From Candidatus Eiseniibacteriota bacterium (lineage in GTDB: Bacteria > Eisenbacteria > RBG-16-71-46 > JABDJR01 > JAWXBZ01), in assembly GCA_034440375.1 (NCBI GenBank), contig JAWXBZ010000200.1, positions 1 to 12,002 of the forward strand: a stretch of 12,002 nt of DNA, given 5' to 3'. Shown piece by piece: positions 1-5,887 of this stretch. The translations under genes were made by a program, and so were the position numbers. The notes beneath the pieces were generated by a model. It had not been told where the DNA came from and made no database searches. It worked only from the letters and a program-made list of their open reading frames with translations. Position 1 is the stretch's first letter. Every line of letters starts with the position of its first letter.

Positions 1-317
1 GCGTGGCGGCGATCGTTCCGCCCCCGTGAACGGCGCGCCAGACCATCGCGGAATCCGGCAGTCGGTGGACAACCTCGGCCAGGAATCGCTCCGGAAACGC
101 GGTGCCAGTCGCGGGAAGCAACTCCCTCGGCCACCAGGGCCGACGCGCGACCAGGCCGCCGGATCCACCCGCACCGGCCCGATCCCCGCCGGATCAGATC
201 CTCCGATCGTACGCAGAAAGCCGATTGCCGCAGTCGGCCCCGCTCGAGTACCGTCGTTGGCTGACCCCGTCCTGGCCTCCCGTCCGGAACGGTTATCTGC
301 CTGTACTTCCACACGAG

Positions 318-554
318 TACCTGCGCCCGATGGTGGCGCGGACGGTGCCGGCCTTCCTGAGAGTGCGGGCGGCTGCAAAGTGGATTTGCCGAGATCCGTT
401 GCCCCCAATGCCGCGAGGAGCACCTGCTGGCCTTCTCCTGCCAGACGCGCAACTTCTGACCGAGCTGCCAGGCAAAGCGGGCCGCCCTGGTGGCCGAAAA
501 GTGGAGCGGCGGCTGCTTTCTATCCTGACGCGCTCCGCCTATGACGCCGTGCGC
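318..554 (+). pseudogene. Degenerate IS91-family (rolling-circle, Y2) transposase, N-terminal Zn-binding fragment
   Basis: Three segments join across frames. Frame 3, 318-359: YLRPMVARTVPAFL. After one extra A at 360, frame 1, 361-501: ECGRLQSGFAEIRCPQCREEHLLAFSCQTRNF*PSCQAKRAALVAEK, with TGA at 457-459 in a Cys position. Frame 3 again, 501-554: VERRLLSILTRSAYDAVR. The pattern CG-x4-GF-x4-CxxC-x6-FSCxxRxxCPSC matches the IS91 Zn-binding domain as I recall it. The expected 'P(H/Y)R(H/Q)xVFTxP' block is missing. Boundaries are approximate. Confidence 0.85.
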
Positions 555-901
555 GGGCACCCCCGACGCCGGCCGTGGGGGGCTTTCGGGTGACGCCGTC
601 GGGCGGTTTGCGGAGGCCACGGCCCCTCGAGGGGGCTGGTGGGCCGCCCGGTACCGGCCTTCGAGGCCCGATTGGAGTTTCCGGCGGGGAGGACCCGGCC
701 GGCCGGAGGGCTGCAGTGGGGATTCCCGGGGCCGTAGCGCAGGGCGTGGTTTACAATCACCTATCTGGAACTCATGTCCGGCACCGGTCATAATAAATGT
801 CCGGGCGGCGTCCCGGAGTGCGCGTAGATCGTGCAGGCCGCGCGTCGTCGTCCGAGGCCGGGATGGCCTTGGACTGTACCGATCGAAAGGAGTTCGAGGC
901 C

Positions 902-1744
902 ATGAGAGTTGTCACCATGAACCGTACGATCGCCGCCACGCTTGCGGCGGCCACCCTCCTGAGTGCCACCTCGATTGTCGGGGCCTCGACCATTCCCATG
1001 CCCGCCGGGGCCCGATCCTGGATCCTGGTGAGCGGCGGCGACTGTGACGACGACGGCCCGAACATCAACGTCGATCGGGGGCACTGTATCGGTGCGGTGA
1101 GCCAGCTCCTGCCGGCCGGTGACATCGGTCACGGCCAGCTCGGAGGCAATTATTCCATCACCGCCGACGCGATGGTCGGGCCCGAGACCATCCGGGGCGC
1201 CGCCGCCACCTTCGGCAATTTTGCGTTTGCCTTCCTGGATATCTCGATGATTGACACCTACACCGTTTCCAGCAAGACCCTGCCGAACGGCACCGTGGTG
1301 CCGGTCACGGTGACGTTCGATGCCGAAGCGGTCCTTACGCCCAATCCGGTCGCCTCGTCCTTTGGCGGCGGGGTCTTCGGCATCCGTATTGGAAGCGGAA
1401 TGAATACGGCCCCCATCGTGATTCCTGAAAACACCCGCGTCTTCGGCGACCTGGGCCCGGCCGCCTCGTCCCAGATTTTTCTCGGCATTCCCCAGCCGAA
1501 CAGCACGCCCCAGCCGCTGCACCTGACGGCCACCTACAGTTTCAATGCCACCATCGGCACCCCGTTCGACCTGGCCTATTACCTGGCCGCCCGGCCCGGC
1601 GGATCGATCATCGATTTTCACAACACCGCCAGCATCGGCTTTACCTTGCCGCCCGGAACAGCCATTACGTCCACCGGCGGCTACGGCAATACGACGCCGG
1701 TAGCCCCGGTTACCTGGAGCGGGCTGAAATCACGACTCCACTAG
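902..1744 (+). CDS. Secreted hypothetical protein (280 aa) with Sec signal peptide and C-terminal TPV...TWSGLK tail
   Basis: SD AAAGGAG (886-892) lies 9 nt before ATG 902; ATG 917 is an alternative start. The N-terminus is hydrophobic (MNRTIAATLAAATLLSATSIVGA). The body is rich in Gly/Thr and likely beta strands, with GC3-biased codons. It ends TTPVAPVTWSGLKSRLH-TAG. The track start at 797 has no SD. Confidence 0.85.
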   Translation: MRVVTMNRTIAATLAAATLLSATSIVGASTIPMPAGARSWILVSGGDCDDDGPNINVDRGHCIGAVSQLLPAGDIGHGQLGGNYSITADAMVGPETIRGAAATFGNFAFAFLDISMIDTYTVSSKTLPNGTVVPVTVTFDAEAVLTPNPVASSFGGGVFGIRIGSGMNTAPIVIPENTRVFGDLGPAASSQIFLGIPQPNSTPQPLHLTATYSFNATIGTPFDLAYYLAARPGGSIIDFHNTASIGFTLPPGTAITSTGGYGNTTPVAPVTWSGLKSRLH

Positions 1745-1800
1745 ATTCGGCCGCGTGGCTACGGACGGAACGACCGTAGGCCACATTGATGGATGATTCG

Positions 1801-1833
1801 GAGCGGCCATCCTTCGGGGTGGCCGCTCTTCTT
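1801..1833 (+). terminator. Rho-independent terminator downstream of the secreted-protein gene
   Basis: GAGCGGCCATCC-TTCG-GGGTGGCCGCTC forms a 12-bp stem (one G-U pair) with a C(UUCG)G loop, followed by TTCTT. It starts 56 nt after the stop codon. Confidence 0.8.
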
Positions 1834-2060
1834 GTACGCCCGTCATGGGCACTGACTTGGAGGTGCAAGTCCTCCGGTGATCTGGTCACGGAGAGCCAAG
1901 GGAACCGCAAGGTTTCGACCGTGAGGTCGAGGCTGAAGGAAGCGGGGAACGGAACTGCGTGACGAACAGGAACCGGATACGAGGCGCTGTTTTTCAGGGC
2001 GAGCGGGCCAATGACCGCGAAGCTCTCGCGACCAAAGCGGGGCGGCGTAGATCCGGCGGC
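1834..2060 (+). mobile_element. Truncated group II intron (class IIC-like), 5' end/domain I only
   Basis: Starts GTACGCCCGTCATGGGC (GUGYG-like 5' end plus Ia hairpin). IIC domain-I blocks follow in the expected order: GGAGGTGCAAGTCCTCC, GCAAGG (1907-1912), CTGAAGGAAGC (1933-1943), TGACGAACAGGAAC (1960-1973), GAGGC (1981-1985), EBS1-like hairpin GCGG-GCCAATGA-CCGC (2003-2018), CCAAAG (2032-2037), and CCGGAT (1973-1978) pairing with ATCCGG (2051-2056). It sits right after a terminator stem-loop, the known IIC target. No domain V/VI or RT ORF follows. Confidence 0.82.
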
Positions 2061-2083
2061 GGAAGCTAGGACTCATCGCCCGG

Positions 2084-2182
2084 GCCTAATCCGGTGCAGT
2101 AGACAGTGCGCTCGCTACGCTCGGTTGCCTGGCGAGCGCCGTCGAAGCAAGCTGTCGGTCCGGACTGGATGCCCCGTTGGGC
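2084..2182. repeat. Degenerate attC-like imperfect inverted repeat (99 bp)
   Basis: Ends are GCCTAAT (one mismatch to RYYYAAC) and GTTGGGC (fits GTTRRRY). Internal complementary pairs: CAGT/ACTG, GACAG/CTGTC, and GCGCTCGC (2108-2115)/GCGAGCGC (2132-2139). L boxes are not clean. Confidence 0.4.
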
Positions 2183-2232
2183 CTCTGCCCTCACGCACCC
2201 GAGTGCCCACTGATCGAATTGATTTTCACCAC

Positions 2233-2312
2233 GCGCCAACGAGCGTGGCGCGGCATCGGCGCCACGCTGCCCGGCTCACCCCGGCTTGACGCGTTGATAC
2301 AGACGTTGGCGC
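2233..2312. repeat. Inverted-repeat element (80 bp), possibly attC-derived
   Basis: Perfect 9-bp terminal inverted repeat GCGCCAACG...CGTTGGCGC containing the AAC/GTT triplets. It encloses a perfect 10-bp hairpin AGCGTGGCGC (2242-2251)/GCGCCACGCT (2259-2268). Confidence 0.35.
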
Positions 2313-2376
2313 CGGTCGAGGCGGTGGCCCTGCTGATCGGTGCGGCGGGCTAGGTTTCAGCGCGATAACACGACCC

Positions 2377-2396
2377 AACTCGTTCCGGAACGAGTT
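2377..2396. repeat. Perfect 20-bp palindrome
   Basis: AACTCGTTCCGGAACGAGTT equals its own reverse complement. It lies 15 nt downstream of the stop of the minus-strand 61-aa gene. Confidence 0.8.
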
Positions 2397-2411
2397 CGAT
2401 CCCTGACTGAC

Positions 2412-2597
2412 TCAGCCGCCTGAGCGCGCTCGATAGGCAAGGTAGGCAAGGAGGATGACCGCGAACAGGAGGACGAGCCGCGCCACGCCGATCAGGCGGG
2501 TGCGAGCGAGAGGCTGCGATCCCTTCGGCTTGATGCCGGTGACGGCCGCAAAGGCCGTGATGAGAACCACGATGCCCAGTATCATCATCCAGATCAT
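2412..2597 (-). CDS. Small hypothetical membrane protein (61 aa, two TM helices)
   Basis: Two hydrophobic stretches (MIWMMILGIVVLITAFAAVTG; LVLLFAVILLAYLAY) flank a basic loop (IKPKGSQPLARTR). Codons are GC3-biased, and a good promoter lies directly upstream. Confidence 0.75.
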   Translation of the reverse strand: MIWMMILGIVVLITAFAAVTGIKPKGSQPLARTRLIGVARLVLLFAVILLAYLAYRARSGG

Positions 2598-2603
2598 GAT
2601 GCC

Positions 2604-2632
2604 ATCATATCGAGCCTGATTCCCTGATTCAA
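2604..2632 (-). promoter_or_regulatory. Sigma70-type promoter for the 61-aa gene
   Basis: Minus strand reads TTGAAT (2632-2627), a 17-nt spacer, then TATGAT (2609-2604). The ATG at 2597 begins 7 nt after the -10 box. Confidence 0.6.
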
Positions 2633-2793
2633 GAACCGGCGGACGCCCGGCGACCCCAGACGCGACCTGGTCAACCGGCTGCCCACCGTCAGATCATCGG
2701 TCATCAAAACCAGATCGAATTCGTGCGCGGTCTGTCGTTCCATGGAGCATCCTCCGAAGCTCTCCCACGCGCCGTGGCACTCACCGTCGTCGG

Positions 2794-3351
2794 CTAGGCG
2801 GCCAGATTCACCCGGACCGGCTCGATTCCCGCCAGCCGCAGGAGCGGGCGTCGTCGTCCTTTCAGGAACGGCCCGGCGATCAGGGCATCTGGAAACTGTT
2901 CGATGCGGGTGTTCCAGGCGGTGACGGTCTGGTTGAAGAATTCGCGGCGGTCGGCGATTTCGTTTTCAATGCCGGTGATTCGTTTTTGGAGGAGCAGGAA
3001 GGAGCGGTTGGCCTTGAGGTCAGGATAGCTTTCGGCGAGGGCGAAGAGGGAACCCATGGCCCGGGCGGCCAGGCCAGAGGCCAGGTCGGCCTCCGCCGGC
3101 GTGTGGGCGGCGTGCGCGGCGGCGCGGGCTTCGGACACCTCGCGCAGCGTTTCCCGCTCGTGCGTCATGTGCGCCCGGCAGACTTGTACCAGGTTCGGCA
3201 ATTCGTCGGTCCGCTGTCGCAGGAGGACATCGATGTTGCCGAAGGCGCGGTCGCATTCGTTTCGCAGGTTGATCAGGTTGTTGTAGAGGACGATGGCCGA
3301 GGCGACGATCGTCACGAGGACCACGCCCATGATGACTTCGAAATTCGACAT
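2794..3351 (-). CDS. lemA: LemA family protein (185 aa)
   Basis: N-terminal TM helix followed by YNNLINLRN, NIDVLLRQRTDELPNLV, ALAESYPDLKAN and ENEIADRREFFN...WNTRIEQFPD, all typical LemA motifs. SD GGAG is 9 nt upstream, and the start is 4 nt after the upstream stop. Confidence 0.95.
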   Translation of the reverse strand: MSNFEVIMGVVLVTIVASAIVLYNNLINLRNECDRAFGNIDVLLRQRTDELPNLVQVCRAHMTHERETLREVSEARAAAHAAHTPAEADLASGLAARAMGSLFALAESYPDLKANRSFLLLQKRITGIENEIADRREFFNQTVTAWNTRIEQFPDALIAGPFLKGRRRPLLRLAGIEPVRVNLAA

Positions 3352-3355
3352 GTGG

Positions 3356-5356
3356 CTAATCTCCGGCGGCGCCCGCGGCCTGGAGCGACAGCAGGGCCCA
3401 GATCAGGAGGCTGGCGCCGATCGCCAGCCAGAGGATGGCCCGCCACAGAAAGCGGCGGACCACGACTTTCTCGCTTCGTTCGGTGATGTAGAAGAAACCG
3501 TCGGTGCTGGAACGTCCCAGGACCAGCCGGTCGGTGCGACCGGTACCGGTCAGACGTGACAGTTCCCAGTCCCCCTTGATCTCGTCGGCCATCGACTGCC
3601 ACTCGAGCGTGTCAACGACCCCATCGCCATTCTCGTCGCCAACGGCCATGCGGATCGGGTCGGCCTTGACGGCGCGAAGGTGCCCCGCCAGGTCGGCGCT
3701 TTCGCCGGCGTTCGCATCGCCCACCACCTGCAAGTGCCCCATGACCCAGATCGGCTGATCGACCGGGATGTAACGCTCGGTGATCTCGACCCGTGTTCCC
3801 GGCGGCAACGGCGCCCCCGCGAAGGGCACCTGGTTCAATTTCTGAACGGTCGATACTTCGACCTGGGCGCCGGTCGGGTTGATCTCAAGGCGGCCGGTTT
3901 CATCCTCGATGTAGAACGGGTGATCGTTGGAGTGACCGGTCACGATCTGAACGCGGTCGTGCGGTTTTTCCCCAGTCACCCGGAAGTGGAATCCCGGCGA
4001 ACCGGCGGTCGATTCCCCGACATCACTGTCTCGCCGGACCATTCGGAATTCATACCAGACGCATGGCATCTGGCTGTATGGCGTCCGGAGCGGGAGGGCG
4101 GCGCGGGCATGGCCATGGATTTCGCACGGCCCGACCGCCGCTGAACGGATCCGGCTGGTCGGGATGTTCTCGACGCGACGGCGTCGATCGAACAGGGTCA
4201 GGGCATGCGTCAGGCCAAGTAGACCCGTGCTTCCGGCAATCAGTTCCGGCCAGGGGCGTGCGCGTTCGGTCAGGACGGCTCCGATGATCGCCCCGGCCAT
4301 CGCCACCACGAGCGTCCCGACGAGTCCCGCGGGGCCGAATTCGCCGAGTCGGTTCATGACCCGACTCGTGAGAGACGGTAGATTCACCGATCCGCTCACC
4401 AGCACCGCGCGTTCCTCGCGGGGCGTGCGCGCGGCGTTCCGATCGGGCGAAGGTCCCGTGGCGGCGGACCGGGTCAGGCGGGGACGGGAGTTCTCCCATG
4501 AAACGACCGCGCCGGACTGGTCGAAGAGTCCCGCGCGCCAGGCGGCGACGACAAAGCGGACGTAGCTGTCCCAGGCGCTGTCCCGTTCGCTCGTGATACG
4601 GTCGAGTCGGGCGTTGGCGCCATCGCCGTGTCGCGCCCGGCCCGATCCCGATGCGACGACGCGCGGTGGCTGGAACTGCTCGAATTCGAGGTCGAGCGTC
4701 GGGTGGAATTGGGGCGAGAGCAGCCGGGCCAGCATCGAGCGAATATTGAGGGCTGCCGAAGGGGCGGCGGCATCCCCCAATGTGGCAAAGACCAGTTTCT
4801 CGCCGCGAAGCCTGACCCGATCCTGGCCGCCGTTCCAGGCCACGTCGATGACCAATCCCTCCCGGTCGGTCTCGGTCAGCCAGCGGAGTTCACCGGTGGC
4901 AAGGGCGGTCACGGCCGCCAAATCCGGTGCCGCAACAAGTCCCGGGTTCATCGGCACACGAACCGGCTGGACCCGGTGAAGATGCGTCATCACCACGAGG
5001 GTCGGCGTCCCGGCTGGAATTGTGGCGTGGAGCCGACCCGACTCGTCGACGAATCCAAGTGATCCATCCATTGTCACGCCCCGGGCGGCCACCGGCGTCG
5101 GCAAGGCCTTTACCTCATCGTCCATGACAACGACCGCCGAATGGCCGAGTGACCGCAGGCGACCGGCCACCTCGTCGAGCCGGGCCCGCTCGGGCGATCG
5201 CAACAGCACACCGGCCCGGCCGGTGGCCACTTTCATCCGGACATCCAGGGGTGTGAGCCCGGTCACCCCGGCGATATCGTTGACCGCCGCCGTGTCCCCG
5301 CCCAGCGGTCGGGATGGAAAGATCAGCAGCGTGGCCATCGCTTTGCTGTCGGTCAT
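3356..5356 (-). CDS. GIDE (MUL1/E3-ligase-associated) domain membrane protein with long N-terminal extension (666 aa)
   Basis: The C-terminal half has two TMs, then RRRRVENIPTSRIRSAAVGPCEIHG, PLRTPYSQMPCVWYEF, PFYIEDETGRLEINPTGA, ITERYIPVDQPIWVMG, FYITERSE and a final TM: the bacterial GIDE pattern commonly seen beside lemA. It includes an EF-hand-like loop DENGDGVVDTLE. SD GGAG (5368-5365) is 8 nt from ATG 5356 but only 2 nt from GTG 5362, which favours the ATG. Confidence 0.8.
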   Translation of the reverse strand: MTDSKAMATLLIFPSRPLGGDTAAVNDIAGVTGLTPLDVRMKVATGRAGVLLRSPERARLDEVAGRLRSLGHSAVVVMDDEVKALPTPVAARGVTMDGSLGFVDESGRLHATIPAGTPTLVVMTHLHRVQPVRVPMNPGLVAAPDLAAVTALATGELRWLTETDREGLVIDVAWNGGQDRVRLRGEKLVFATLGDAAAPSAALNIRSMLARLLSPQFHPTLDLEFEQFQPPRVVASGSGRARHGDGANARLDRITSERDSAWDSYVRFVVAAWRAGLFDQSGAVVSWENSRPRLTRSAATGPSPDRNAARTPREERAVLVSGSVNLPSLTSRVMNRLGEFGPAGLVGTLVVAMAGAIIGAVLTERARPWPELIAGSTGLLGLTHALTLFDRRRRVENIPTSRIRSAAVGPCEIHGHARAALPLRTPYSQMPCVWYEFRMVRRDSDVGESTAGSPGFHFRVTGEKPHDRVQIVTGHSNDHPFYIEDETGRLEINPTGAQVEVSTVQKLNQVPFAGAPLPPGTRVEITERYIPVDQPIWVMGHLQVVGDANAGESADLAGHLRAVKADPIRMAVGDENGDGVVDTLEWQSMADEIKGDWELSRLTGTGRTDRLVLGRSSTDGFFYITERSEKVVVRRFLWRAILWLAIGASLLIWALLSLQAAGAAGD

Positions 5357-5482
5357 GGGCACGGCTCCGGGACTCGGGTCATCGAACCCGGTCGGAATCG
5401 AAGGCCGGATCCTTGTCTCTCAACGGGTTATCGGCCGGCGGGGGAATTCGCTGAGGATGGGAGCGTCACCCCCGAAAGGGGG

Positions 5483-5510
5483 TCGTCAGAGGCGGGCCTT
5501 GGACTATAAT
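5483..5510 (+). promoter_or_regulatory. Putative sigma70 promoter for the plus-strand operon
   Basis: Perfect TATAAT at 5505-5510 in a GC-rich divergent intergenic region, with a weak -35 TCGTCA (5483-5488, 4/6 match, 16-nt spacer). Confidence 0.5.
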
Positions 5511-5565
5511 GAGGCCTGAAGGGCACTTACCATTGCACCGGCCGTTGGCCGGGAGGAGATTTTTC

Positions 5566-5862
5566 ATGACCACTGAATTGCTGGACCGCGATCAGCTCCG
5601 CGCGAAAGTTCAGGAGTTGCTGGATGACATGATCAATCCGGCCGTCGCCGGGCACGGCGGTGTCATTCATCTTGTCGACGTCAAGGATGACTGGGTGTAC
5701 CTGCACATGGGGGGTGGCTGCCAGGGTTGTGGCAGTGCGGACGCCACGCTTCGCCAGGGGATCGAAACGATGCTCAAGGAAGAGATTTCCCAGATCAAGG
5801 GAATCGTCGATCAGACCAATCACGCCGAAGGGGAGAGCCCCTTCTATCCCCGCCCCGACTGA
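5566..5862 (+). CDS. NifU C-terminal domain / NfuA-type Fe-S cluster carrier (98 aa)
   Basis: INPAVAGHGG, GGGCQGC (CxxC), TLRQGIE and D.TNH..G.SPFY are NfuA C-terminal hallmarks. SD GGAGGAG (5552-5558) precedes ATG 5566. The N-terminal A-type carrier domain of full-length NfuA is absent. Confidence 0.92.
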   Translation: MTTELLDRDQLRAKVQELLDDMINPAVAGHGGVIHLVDVKDDWVYLHMGGGCQGCGSADATLRQGIETMLKEEISQIKGIVDQTNHAEGESPFYPRPD

Positions 5863-5887
5863 TAAATCCTTGAAGGACCTGTCACTG

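Noticed and set aside
457-459. In-frame TGA at a conserved Cys position as possible selenocysteine recoding
   Set aside because: The same fragment has a frameshift and an internal deletion, so a TGY-to-TGA nonsense change in a pseudogene is the simpler explanation. I see no convincing SECIS.
767-794. Promoter for the secreted-protein gene (GGAACT...GTCA ECF-like; TACAAT 752-757; CATAAT 789-794)
   Set aside because: The AT-rich patch is probably regulatory, but the spacing is short for an ECF promoter and no good -35 pairs with either -10, so I cannot choose one.
26-1047. ORFs 26..544, 102..593, 541..1047 and 575..793 as real genes
   Set aside because: They are Pro/Arg/Gly-rich translations with no SD. 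The only protein-like parts are explained by the transposase relic or overlap the 902-1744 gene.
1755-1784. Hairpin GTGGCTACGG/CCGTAGGCCAC before the terminator as a separate ncRNA
   Set aside because: A single bulged stem in a 3' UTR with no recognisable motif. It is probably just a stabilising structure.
1843-2289. ORFs 1843..2076 (-) and 2011..2289 (+)
   Set aside because: They overlap the intron RNA remnant and inverted repeats and show no RT motifs or protein-like composition.
2361-2380. Third attC half-site (minus strand AGTTGGGTCGTGTTATCGC)
   Set aside because: Only a loose resemblance to an attC right end, with no matching left arm.
5468-5483. ACCCCC-GAAA-GGGGGT GNRA hairpin as a riboswitch or terminator
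   Set aside because: An isolated 6-bp stem upstream of the predicted -10 box, with no U-tract and no further aptamer features.
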